Assembly (NCBI RefSeq): GCF_001194135.2
Contig: NC_068982.1
Span: forward strand, 70,171,244-70,235,243
Origin: Octopus bimaculoides
Taxonomy: Eukaryota
DNA length: 64,000 nucleotides
Direction: 5' to 3'
Shown here: in pieces, positions 1 through 11,960 of the stretch
How positions within the stretch are numbered: the stretch's first letter is position 1
How the letters are laid out: the number at the start of each line of letters is the position of its first letter
The notes under the pieces: model-generated
Database searches by the model: none
Told to the model about the DNA's origin: nothing
The model's input: only the letters and a program-made list of their open reading frames with translations
Translations under genes and position numbers: made by a program

Positions 1-190
1 TGACATCTGCAAGCTGATATTTAATCCAGTTCCACATGTAAGTGCTTAAAGGACTACAGAGCAGGGTGACAGGACTAAGCACTGAATCAATTGTCTTAAC
101 ACTACCAGGTTTCAATTTGATGCAGCCAAATTAAAAATTTAGCTATTTAACTAGAAGAAACAAGCAGCTGAATGGGCAAAGATTTTTATA

Positions 191-311
<121 letters not shown>

Positions 312-639
312 ATTTATTGTGTATAAATTGTGGGTGTATGTATTTACTATGATAAGGTTTTGATTTATCAAATTAATTTATTGTTTTTATTTTGTATTTC
401 TTGTAATCTGGGTCAACATAAGATAAAAACAAACAAAACTCCAAGGTCATTTGCTTTTTTTTCCCTGACATTGTAAATATTCCTATCAGAATTTTGGGAG
501 ATAAGAAGTCGTTCCTAAATGAGATATATGAAATTTCTCAATGTCAAAATGACAAAGAAATTCAATTCACTAAAGAGGGTGTATGCATAAGTGAAATATA
601 TGTGTTGGCTATGATGTTTCATGCAAGCTGTAGTATACA

Positions 640-1000
640 TGTTTTAAATGGTATAGGATTTATGGAGAGTACAGAAATGGTGTATATTAATGTATGATGA
701 CATGTGCATGGAGAGAAGATATATTGATATGTGGTGACATGTATGGAGATGGTATATACTGATATGTGATGTGATGATATGTATCAATATGTGATGCACA
801 TCAACAGTCAACATGTGATGAAATGGATATGTGATGATGTGTATGGGGAGAATATGTATCGATGTGTAATAATGTATAGGGAGAGGATATATATTAATAT
901 GTGATAAAGCATATGTCAATGTATGAGATAGTGTACATTAACATGTACATGATGTATATATCGATATGTGATGATGAATATGGAAACGTATATACTAATG
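640..1000. repeat. Degenerate low-complexity tandem repeat (ATATGTGATGATGT / GGAGAG(A/G)ATAT motifs)
   Basis: C-poor recurring motifs on the + strand. They explain the His/Ile-rich spurious ORF 644-919. Confidence 0.65.
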
Positions 1001-1137
1001 TTTGATTAAGTATACAGAAATTTTTGAAGGGTTTATTGCTATTTTATGATGTGCAATAATGTTTGTCTGGTCAATGCGCAGGAATTTAACTTAAAACTGA
1101 TCTTCCCAAAACTAGAATAACTCATGATGAAAGTTCC

Positions 1138-1283
1138 CTGTATTCCAAGATATACTTAAACCTACAGTACTTAAATCCATAGTTTTACAAACAGTTCAAT
1201 TAATGATGGACATCTTCTGTATTCCATGATATACCTAGACCTACAGTACTGATATCCATTGTTTTATAAGCATTTCAACTAAA
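1138..1283. repeat. Diverged tandem duplication, period 79 bp
   Basis: ctgtattcca(a/t)gatatac(t/c)ta(a/g)acctacagtact occurs at 1138 and at 1217. Confidence 0.8.
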
Positions 1284-1776
1284 TATTGTTATACAATTCA
1301 CTACTTTTTTTTTGTTAAATATGTCATTGTATTTGAATATTAGTTAAAGCAGTGTCAAACATAATGCATGGAATTCAGGATAAGCATAATAATAATAGTG
1401 TTCTTTGCTTCAGATCAAGAATGTTATGTAAACACAATTTTATCTAATCAAACAATTATTTTGACGTAATTGTTTGATTAAATAATATCTAATTTACAAA
1501 AAGGAAAAAATGTTCTATTCATGCTGACACCAAAAATTTCTAAAACAGGCTGAAATGAACATCATTTTAATGTCCACTTTTCCATGGATCAGATGGAATT
1601 TATTGAGGCAGGTTATGCATCTGATCTGTGGAAGCATGGACAAGTGGTTGTTAAGACAATGATATTTCTATTTCAGCTGTTTTAGAAATTTTCAGTGTTA
1701 GCATGAATGGAATTTTTATTTTATTAGATACGGCTAATGAAATATTAAAAAAAAAAAGCAGATGCTATAATGTTAC

Positions 1777-1863
1777 CTTTCTTGGCAAGGTGACAGACTT
1801 TCGATCTTCTTTTTGAGACATTGGGCGAGCGGTGGAGCCGGTATTTTTGGTTCTGTTGTTGCA
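1777..1863 (-). CDS. FAM13A: Probable next FAM13-like exon (post-RhoGAP linker)
   Basis: 87 nt GC/CpG-richer island in AT-rich DNA, with acceptor ttttaaaattttAG at 1864 and donor AAG|GTAACA at 1776. The phase-0 reading gives CNNRTKNTGSTARPMSQKEDRKSVTLPRK. All three frames are open, so the frame depends on there being no missed exon in between. Confidence 0.7.
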
Positions 1864-2942
1864 CTAAAATTTTAAAAAAGAAAGGAAAGAAAATTAACAA
1901 TACAATTTCAGAAGGAAATGGTTGCTGAGAAATTGAAAATGTTCCTATTAAATCAAACAACTAAGATAGTGTTCTATCCTTAGACAAGACACATTACTCT
2001 ACATTCCTCAAACAATCTATCTGATTTACAATTCAGGAAAGCACACCTGTAAATTCCCATATGCTTACACTTCTTGAAAATATCAGCTGTAAAGTTAGAT
2101 AAGTGATTTAAGGGCCAAGAGTTTTGTGCATTTCATGATTGTGTGGTTGAGAAGTTTGCTTCCCAACCATGTGGTACTGGGTTCGATCACACTGCATGGC
2201 TCCTTGGGAAGGTGTTTTCTATTATAGCCCCAGGCCATCCAAAGCCTTGTGAATGGATTTGGCAGATGAAAATTGGAAGATGCATGCATGTGTGTCTGTG
2301 TACTCAAGCCTAAACATCATATGATAGTTGTAAATAGGCATCACTGTCACGTAAACAATGCTGTTCATTTCCAATCTTCAGTGGGAAACATGTCTAGTCA
2401 TGAGGAAATATTACCTTACTTAGAAACAGGTGAGTGCTGGCAACCTATGCAAGCATGGAAATGTAGGCATGAAATGATGATCAAGACAACAATGATTAAA
2501 ACCTTTAAAGTCATTTCCTTTGTAAGAAAGAGATGAAATAAGTATTAAACAAGAAAGAGAAAGAAGTACTAGGAGTACAAGTCATATGTGCCCTTTCAAA
2601 TAAATAAGCAATAATATTTCAGGTTTCTTCTTCAAACCAAATAAAGCACAAACCAAATAAAGCACAAACCAAATAAAAATCCAATCTTAGTACTACTGTC
2701 ATTGTGTTGTAATAACTGTTTTGTATAAATAATTTTTGCCTCAGTTTAACTGGCAGATAAACAGGCTCCACTCCTACATCACAGTTGAGTGGCTAGCAAC
2801 AGAAAGGTGTTGCAAAAGCAATTACGCAAACAAAAGTGCAAACATATAAAATCATCCTGGTAACAATAAAATAGCTGTGAAGCAGTTTTTAGAAAAGAGG
2901 GAGAAAGGGGGTAAAAAGAAAATTTCAAATTTCACCTACCCC

Positions 2943-3031
2943 TTGATTCCTTCATTTGCACCTGTACAGTTTATGATTATTAACCAGACATTAATAGCTA
3001 AAAATTGTACAGGTGCAAATTTTGGAATCAA
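2943..3031. repeat. 26-bp inverted repeat with a 37-nt loop
   Basis: ttgattccttcatttgcacctgtaca (2943-2968) pairs with tgtacaggtgcaaattttggaatcaa (3006-3031), with 3 adjacent mismatches. Confidence 0.85.
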
Positions 3032-3408
3032 TGGTCTAAATCCACAAGAATAGACAGTGACTAGGAGAACAAAACTTTATTCTTTTATTCAACGAAAAAA
3101 AAAAATCACATTCAAAAAGATATTACATAGAAAATTATGAATGATATAATTTATATGGTATATATTTAACATTTGAGGATATGACTATAAAACATTTTAT
3201 AATGCAAGCATGCAGCAAAACAGGTATGAAAATAATACATTTCCAGGGGTGATACAGAGTAGACTGTCAAATTTTGATGTAATAAACATCTCTATCCACT
3301 CTACCTAACATATTGGGTTCTATATTAGATAATGTTTGCAATATGTAAAATACATTTCAATATACAACTCTTACATTACAAGATTATACACACACATACA
3401 TAATATAT

Positions 3409-4544
3409 ACTAGCAAACACACCCGTCCTTTGGATGGCTTAATTTGCTTTGGTGGTATTTTTCCACCAAATAATAATTGAACTACCAAGATCGTTTATGA
3501 GTAGCATGGCAATCTATGTTTCTGATTAACCTAGGAATGGAAAAATCAAATTGAAGGCTGGTTATTGTGGATGTCATCGCACTTTAATGATCGTAGAACA
3601 TACAAGGTTGCAAACGATGCAAAGTTGAGCTACTGAAGTGTTTTGGGGAGTAGATTACAGATAATGACTACAAAATATAGTTGTTTTACATGAAAGCAAA
3701 ATTTCTTGTCAGAAACAGCCTCATAAATGGTGTAAGGAAATTGAAAAAAGACATTGAAACTCCCCCTCAGTAAGTTTATTTTATTCAACAGCAAAGAGAG
3801 CTATTTTTTCAGAGAGATAAGCTAACAAAATCCCCTTTACTCCGTCTTCCCACATAGCCTGTGTATAAACCAACAGCGAATACCACATGAAGTTAAATTG
3901 GTATAGAGCTTTTTAAAAGATAAGTATAGCTTTTGCTAGTGGAAGCAAAAACTTTTATTTAAAGGTGGATTCTTTGGGATGAATCATATGTGATTGTTTA
4001 AAAAAGGTTAAAACAACAATGCTAAAATGTATTTGAAACGGTGGACAACAGTCAAAACATCATAATGGACAGGTAAATAAGCATCCTTAAAGTGAAACAA
4101 TGCATTGATAGGTAAACAAAGGTATCAACAAATGGAAGAGAGGGAAGAGAACATCACCTTTCAAGTAACTCAGAATAGGTATAGGTAAGTTTGCCAAAGT
4201 TTAATGCAGTTTAAATATGGAGAGTGTTTGGTATAGGATATTCATCACATAGTGTTTCTAGAGAATTTAATAACTGTTGCAGGTGGACAGTTGAAATAAA
4301 TAAATAGACAAAATCCTTTCACTTTTACAAAAAGATTACAAAAGTATGGAAGACCCTACATAAAAAAAACTATATCCATTTACATCCATTTACGTGAGAG
4401 CTCTGGGTAAATTAATATAGTGCATGACCATCCTTGGGACATAAGTAATGTGTGTGTAAAGTTTGGTGAAAATTGGTTGAGAATTGTGGAAATGTATGCG
4501 TTAGTCATTATACACACACATACAGGGATTTATATATTCTAGAT
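3409..4544 (+). mobile_element. Putative non-autonomous Helitron-like element (Lep1/HINE-type architecture)
   Basis: It starts ACTAGC...ACCCGTCCTTTGGATGG (small 5' hairpin). It ends with the aagtttggtgaaaattggttgagaattgtgga block, a (CA)n tract and TTTATATATTCTAGAT. This layout is recalled from invertebrate non-autonomous Helitron families; there is no TSD. Confidence 0.5.
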
Positions 4545-4987
4545 TACTTGAAAAAAGACAGAAAGAATTTTGCTTTGTTCTTAATACTTCATATGCACTT
4601 TTATCCCCATTCTACCCCACTTCCAACAAACAGCTTTCAAGATTTGACAAATTCAGAATGAGGGTAACTAACATTTTAAGAATTTCTCACATTAAGGTCA
4701 TTTCTACAGATTTTCTATTGGAATTATAGCCAGCACTGATTTCCGTTACAACGTTTCAAATCTGAGATGTCAGATGTAAACAAACAATGAGATCAAAGAT
4801 AAAATATAGGTAATGGGCGTAGATGCCATATTTCAAGAGTTTTTGCTCCTTTACCAGCAACCACTTAATCCATTAATTATCTACAAACTCATTGCTTAAA
4901 TAGCCACTACATATAGCAGTGTAACATTATTGGATATACCAATTTACATATTAAACACATTCCTAGAAGCTTGTACATAAAAATTGG

Positions 4988-5573
4988 TGACTTGTACGTA
5001 CACAGTATTTTGTTATGCGACCATACTATGCAACAAAGTATATTAAACATTTTTATAAATCAATACTGTGTACTACTGTGTTAATAGTGCACTTAAATCG
5101 CATGTTAAGGTCATCCCTACAGATTGTCTATAGGAATTATAGCCAGCACTGATTCTGTTATGATGTTTTGTATCCAAGATGTCAGATGTAAACAAACAAG
5201 GAGATCGAAAATGGAAAAAATGGTTAAAGGGCATACATGCCATATTGCAGAAGGTTTTGAGTTTGTGGATGATTAATAGGTTAGATGGGGCTGATGAAGA
5301 AGCAAAAACTCCCAAAATATGGCATATACATCAATTACCCATTTTTTCATCTTCACTCTCATTGTTTGTTTACATCTGATGTCTCGGATATGAAACATCA
5401 TAACAAAATCAATGCTGGCTATAATTTCTCTAGAAACTTTGTAGAGATGGCCATAACACGTGATTTAAGTGCACTGCTAACACAATAGTAAATGGTATTG
5501 ACTTATAAAAATGTTTAATATACTTTGTAGCATAGTATGGTTGCATAACGAAATACCATGTACCTACAAGTCA
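4988..5573. mobile_element. Foldback/long-TIR MITE with arms of about 245 bp
   Basis: 4988-~5230 and ~5330-5573 are diverged reverse complements; the paired ORFs ...CLFTSD...AGYN...DLSALLTQ appear on both strands. An inverted partial copy lies at about 4693-4890. Confidence 0.75.
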
Positions 5574-6999
5574 ATAATAATTTTAAGAACTGCTATACTT
5601 TCTAACATATGCACAAAAGAAAAAAAACAGAAACTAATTATTCTAACTATGTTTCAAATAGAGAAATTGACCCAAGTGAAGTAACAGGATTTACCAATAA
5701 TCTAGCACATTAACCATAAAGTCATTACAAAGCTATAGACAATGTTTCTTCCAGAGATATGATATGTATCAAATATTGGATAAATTTTATACACATTGAA
5801 AGTTTCTTAACTTGGCCCACATCAACCTTAACTGAACAGACCTACGTGAAGAGTGTTCTAGCCAAGAACAACTAATCCTTTATTTCAGTCATTGCATATT
5901 CAAGACTACATTAACTAATATGTTCTGCTCTTTCTAAGGTGGCAGTGTGTAATTTAAGAGGAAATTTGGCTGCTATTTCCTGGAGGTTGACTAACTATGT
6001 AGAGGCTACCATTGCTCACATCTGCAGAGAACAGTGACAATTGAAATATCATTTGAAAAATGCTACTATTTTATAGTTCTTAATTATTTAGCTGCTGTTT
6101 ATATTGCAGCAACAATGCCTACTGTTGTAGTTTAATGGAGTTTGTTGGAGGTGGGGGTAGGAATGGAAGTTTCAGATTATAATAAACTTTATTCACTAAA
6201 ATCGTCACAGTGTTGGGACAGCAGCAATATTTTTGTAAACTGAGAATAGATTAAGGGTGGATACATGAAAAGCAAAAATACCATGACAGACTGTTGCTAT
6301 TAATACAAGTATTTGTGAAAATAGAGGCAGAATAACAATGACGACAACCAGTACAATTTTGAGTTATTTGCCAACCATAATTACCATTATAATTGCAAGA
6401 GCTCCAATAACAGACGTAAAATATACAGAAATATTAACTAGATAATAACTAGAATAATATAAAAAACGGAATAAAATGATGTCTCCAAAATATCCTACCT
6501 TTGTAAGACAAGTTAATACTCACCAAAACTTGAAATTATTGAAATCCTTACCAAGTTAACAAATGTTAATACAAGCTAAATATGAAACAGCTATAAATAA
6601 ATAATATAGAAACTCCAGAGTGAATGACCAAATGACCTTTCACTGTAGATCATTTTAACAGACTGACAATGAAATTAGCATTTCTCTATAACTAAGGAAA
6701 AAGATTATTTCTTCAAATAACAGAACATTATATTTCCTATAAACACTTCTACTCCCATCTCCAACCATCTGTGACTCTCCCCTCAAATTCTTCTAACAGT
6801 CTACCTCTCCTGATCTACTGTCCATATCATGCTCTCTTGGTCCTTGAAGATTTGCTCTGCCACTCCATCACTACCATCATATCTTCTACAAAGCTACTAC
6901 TACCCACTCTAATATAATGTGGAATAGCAATGTATCTTCAGTAGAGCAAGATACATGGGCATATCCCATTTTACTTTACCCTCACAACACATGGCTTAA

Positions 7000-7219
7000 C
7001 TCTTTACCATTTAAACCAGTCATATCCAGCCCAAATATGCCTCCAGTTTTAAGTTCGAACTGGCCATGTCTAGCCTCTCACACCTACCCTACAATGTCAT
7101 CCTAAAAATAGACAATAACATCATCAAAATTTCAAAGTTGTAAGACAATACATGGCTAATTCGAAATAATATAAATGAATCAACTTTACATTTGGCAGAG
7201 GAATGTGAACACTAAAGGG
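7000..7219. mobile_element. piggyBac-type MITE, family B
   Basis: TTAA|CTCTTTA...TAAAGGG|TTAA. A second copy at 29092-29295 shares the core cacacctaccctacaatgtcat(c/t)ctaaaaa. Confidence 0.75.
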
Positions 7220-7780
7220 TTAAAGCCAACTCTTCTCACCTCACAAATATTCCTCCACACACACACAGTTAGTTGAAGAAACATTTCCTTTTTCTCTTTT
7301 TTTCCCATCTTGCAAGTTATCAACCCCAGTAGAGNNNNNNNNNNNNNNNNNNNNNNNNNNNNNNNNNNNNNNNNNNNNNNNNNNNNNNNNNNNNNNNNNN
7401 NNNNNNNNNNNNNNNNNNNNNNNNNNNNNNNNNNNNNNNNNNNNNNNNNNNNNNNNNNNNNNNNNNNNNNNNNNNNNNNNNNNNNNNNNNNNNNNNNNNN
7501 NNNNNNNNNNNNNNNNNNNNNNCTATAATGATATAACAAATTCCAAAATATATTTTATTCATTTACTGGTTCCACCCAGTTGGCTATGTCCTACAGATTC
7601 ATCAGTTGAAATATGTGGGATGTTTAATTAGTAAGGGACACTAATCAAGATCATTAAGCAATGAATAAACAACTAGGGTATTTTTGTTTCTACTGCCCAA
7701 ACAGTGACAAACTGATAAAATCTGTATCGACAAGAACATGGACAAAACACCTTCATTTGTGCACAGAGATTCAGATGCAC

Positions 7781-7814
<34 letters not shown>

Positions 7815-9434
7815 TGACACACACTATCTATTTATACACAATGAATTGCACTAAAATGCAAACTGAGATGTGATCAAATGTTTCCTCTGTTTTTTTTTTG
7901 TTTGTTTTTTAAATGTAAAGGAATGAAGATAACTTGCAGAAAGAAATATCAGCTATAAATTTTTGAATAAATATTCCCCATTTCATTAATTATCTAATGA
8001 CTATCAAATAATTATTTAAGGAAGAACTATTAATAACATTAACGTCTAAAGTGGGGACACGCCCAGAATGAAGAGATATTTAAAGTATTCTTGATATTAG
8101 AAGCACACATGCAAACACTGCAGGGTATAATGAAAAGCATATGGCTAAATTTAATTTTAACTGCCAGCTCGGCTTTTAGCAGACAGAAAAATTAATTTAG
8201 CTCATAAATAAGGTAGTATAATGTTCAGTAGGCATACAGAATAAAGAAATAAAATTATTTAGATAATAAAACAAAAAAAATCTGTTCTAACATATCCCAT
8301 TTATATTAGCCCCTCATGATTTTGTTTGTGGTTGAGAAATGAAACTTAATTGTAAAATAAACAGCAAATATTTCAACCAGTTATTAACTATCTCCAAAAC
8401 ATCATCTTACATGGCTAAACTTTATATTCTCTAAATAATGTAAGAAAGTCAGAGGAAAAACAAACATTTAGCAAAATAAATTGATAAAAATTGATAAGGA
8501 CAATAGATAAAAAAAACTCCCAATTTTGTATGTATGCTATAGTCACACAAGTTCTGATTATTATATAATTTAATAAAAGATATATTATACACAAGTATAC
8601 AACTGGTTAGAAGAAGTCTGGGGAGGCATGAACCCAGCAAATGACAGAAAGTAACCTATCTAGGAGAGCAGTAAGTAAATCAACATCATCATTATCATCC
8701 TTTAACATCCATTTTCCTTGCTGGCATGAGTTGGATGGTTTGAACAGTGCTGGCAAGCAGGAAAGCTGCACCAGGTTCCAGTCTGATTTAGCTTGGTTTC
8801 TACAGTGAGCTGAGTGCTTTTAATGTGGCATTGGCATGAGTTGCACTGGCACTTGAGACAGGTTCAAGGGGATTCTTTAGCCCTGCTTGGACAGCTTCTG
8901 TAGCGTTGTCCTTGGTTACAAACTTTAATCTGTCCCTCAGTTGAACACCATCACCTAATCTCCTTTAATGAAGTCCTCTCTGTTGCAAATAAGTAGACTA
9001 GGTTTACTGTCTGAGAATAACTAATAAGCAGCAGTGTTGGCAGCCCTGAAAATGTTCATGGATGCTACACTTCCTCCTCTAAGTTATTAACAAAATGATT
9101 TGTTAAAATTAAAATGCTTCATAAAAGTACCCAATCCTTTCTAATGGGAATACAGCTGAGAGAGAAAAAATAGAATCATTAAAAGAAATTTTGGGTATTT
9201 AATTAACCTGAGAGAGCTTCAATGCAGTCATCAACTTGCTAGAAATAGCAGTCAAATTTTCATCACTTGCTTCAGAGAATTAAAAAAATAAATGAGGACA
9301 AAAGTTATAGTAGAGTCTTGGATACCTCTCAGAAGATGGGATGGTCATAAGATGGTTTGCTAAATGGCATGAGCTTGGAGTCAGAAATTTTGAATACCTT
9401 CTATATTGACTAAATAAGGAATATGTAAACTTAC

Positions 9435-9558
9435 CTCAGAGCATTTTGATGATGCATGGTTTTCATCAGCGAAGAGATCATGATAATGTATAATGAATTT
9501 ATAGACAATGTTGTTAGTTGTTGATTGATCTTTGAGACCAGAGAAGTCTGAACCACAC
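9435..9558 (-). CDS. FAM13A: FAM13-like exon ending the RhoGAP domain
   Basis: 124 nt, phase 2-0, acceptor ttttttttaAG at 9559 and donor GAG|GTAAGT at 9434. It encodes (R)CGSDFSGLKDQSTTNNIVYKFIIHYHDLFADENHASSKCSE, which resembles the FAM13 segment after VFGPN (G.K.Q...N.I....I.HY..LF). Confidence 0.9.
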
Positions 9559-9787
9559 CTTAAAAAAAAATATTAAACATTTATAAATTGAAGGAGAAAT
9601 TAATAATTCATCATCATCATCATCATTTAATGTCCATGTTCCATGCTGGCATGGGTTGGACAGTTTGATAAGATTTGATGGGTTCAAGGCTCACATCATG
9701 CTCTAGTGTCTGCTTTAGCATGCTCTAAAGCTAGATGCCCTTCCTAATACCAACCACTAAACAGCATAATTGAAATAATTAATCAAT

Positions 9788-10987
9788 TACTGTAAAGTGC
9801 GTAAATTACCCATGTAATTTACGCACTTTTTTTGCAAAAACAAAAATAAACTTTAGGGGGTGCATAAATTACATGAGTAGATCGTTTCCAGAATTTTTTA
9901 GAACTCTTTTTTGTTGAAAATGACATACAAATGTAAACATTTGTACCAGAAGTTGACTCTGCACATGTAAAGTCACTGAGTGAATATGACTTAGCGTTCA
10001 CACTGAAAACTTCATTTACCTTATACGATGTTTGATGTCATTTTACATTCATGTTGAACCATGCAGCAATCTTATGTTTTCTTTATAGAACACTTGTAAT
10101 GCATGTATTACCAGTTCTTTTAGTATAGTAGATTTTTGTTATTCTTGTTTATGTCTCCTCACAAACATGTATATTCTAACAAGTCGCTTCTTAAAATTCA
10201 TACCTCTCTTGTTCAATAAACACAGAGTTAAACTTGCAAAGCTGTTTATTTTCTCCTTTCGATTTTTAATGCTTATTTTAGCGGCTTACCAAACTATTAG
10301 TTTGGTCTCCCGGCTAAAACGGTAATGACAATTTTTTAGGTTTGCTTGACATTTTATAAGTGTGAAAGGGATTAAAATTTCAATACTCTGTACCAAAGGT
10401 TCCAACAAGAATAGGCAGAAAATCAGAGCTTGAAACAAGAAGATATTTTCGACCAATCAGAATTCTATTTACATAATTAGTTTGATTTACATAATCTGTT
10501 GGTTGAGTAAAGTGTCATCCAAGCTGATGTTTATTGGTAATTAAACTTATTTTGAAACACTTGTGCATATTTATCAGTTTTGGTTTTGTTGATAAGAATT
10601 ATCAACAACTTTTCCTGTGATTATGATTTGAGAAGACATACAGAAGTATGCTAAAGATTGGACATAATCTCTTGTGGACAAGAAATGTAAAATAAAGTTT
10701 ATTATAAACAACACAAACATTTTGTAATTTAATAGCTTTCAATGTGATACCTGTTAAACAGAAGTTATTTTTATTTAATGAAAATTTAATAAAATCTAAT
10801 CATAAATAAGTAAAATTATGCTAAATACAACTAAATTGAAAACCTTTTTCTCCTGGCCATATCAGCAATTCTGAAAACTTTTAGGTGCAAATTTAACACA
10901 AGGAGAAGCTTTTTTTTAACAATTTTTATCCAGAAAATCACCTGCATAAATTACACAGGTGCACAAATTACATGGGTTTTTATGGTA
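9788..10987. mobile_element. About 1.2-kb non-autonomous TIR element (Tc2/pogo-like TA|CCGTA-type ends)
   Basis: The left end tactgtaaa...acccatgtaatttacgcac and the right end gtgcacaaattacatgggtttttatggta are reverse complements. Both carry subterminal gcataaattaca repeats, and aatcaat flanks both sides (9781-9787 and 10988-10994). Confidence 0.75.
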
Positions 10988-11320
10988 AATCAATTATAAT
11001 ATTCATAAAATATTTCAGTTGTTTTACACTTTGTTTGTTTTATGTCTACTTTTCTATGCAAGCATGGGTCAGATGAATGTATATCATTGCAGTATTGCTT
11101 TTTTTTACAACTTTCTGTTGTTAACCTTTACTTGTCTTCCAAGTAAAGGAGTTTTCATTCCTCTCATCTTTGAAAACACAAGCTTGAAGAGACAACAGTC
11201 AATTTGTTGACAGGTTAATATCATGAAATATTACCATTTGTAGCTTTGCCATGTGAAGCACACAAAGTAAACATTCACACATGCTCTAAGACATATGTAT
11301 ATACATACATGTATATTTAT

Positions 11321-11369
<49 letters not shown>

Positions 11370-11417
11370 GTTCCATGACAACATATCTGGCGCTTTTTGT
11401 AGAAGCTTTCACACGCT

Positions 11418-11482
11418 TCTTAGGACTGACTGACCCATGTTTGACCACTGTTGGCACAGAACCCTTCTCCACTTTGGACTTC
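11418..11482 (-). pseudogene. Decayed 28S rRNA fragment
   Basis: The minus strand reads GAAGTCCAAAGTGGAGAAGGGTTCTGTGCCAACAGTGGTCAAACATGGGTCAGTCAGTCCTAAGA. It matches the conserved LSU core GAAGGCCGAAGTGGAGAAGGGTTCCATGTGAACAGCAGTTGAACATGGGTCAGTCGGTCCTGAGA (vertebrate sequence recalled from memory) at 53/65 positions without gaps. Confidence 0.85.
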
Positions 11483-11488
11483 GGTCTT

Positions 11489-11693
11489 GTGTGGTAAGAA
11501 GCTTGCTTCCCAACCACATGGTTCCAGGTTCAATCCCACTGCATGGCAACTCAAAAAAGTGTGTTCTACTATAGCCTCGGGCCACCAAAGCCTTATGAGT
11601 GGATTTGATAGACAGAAACTGAAAGAAGCCCATCATATGTATGTATGTATGTATGTGTGTGTGTGTGTGTGTGTGAGTGTGTGTGTGTGTGTG

Positions 11694-11732
<39 letters not shown>

Positions 11733-11960
11733 GTGTCTGTGACATCATGTCTGTGTTTGTTCCCCAGCCCGCTTGACAACTGGTGTTGGTGTATTTACAT
11801 CCCCGTAACTTAGTGGTTCAGCAAAAGAGACCAATAGAATAAGTACCACACTTAACAAAAAGATAAGTACCGGGTTGATTAATTTGACTAAAAATTCTCC
11901 AAGGCAGTGCCTCAGCATGTCCACAGCCTAAAGACTGAAACAAGTAAAAGATGAAAAGAA
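11489..11960 (+). mobile_element. SINE family 1, missing the first ~14 nt and abutting the 28S fragment
   Basis: It begins at gtgtggtaagaagcttgc and continues through the microsatellite centre to the aagtaaaagatgaaaag tail. Confidence 0.85.

Noticed and set aside
2938-2960. Possible micro-exon (cag|gtgcaaatgaaggaatcaaggg|gtaggt)
   Set aside because: No pyrimidine tract, it lies in a hairpin arm, and it is not needed because exons 9435 and 1863 already join in phase 0.
5285-5310. CTGATGA motif as a second hammerhead, also at about 25298 and 53180
   Set aside because: No closing stem II followed by GAAA and a UH triplet.
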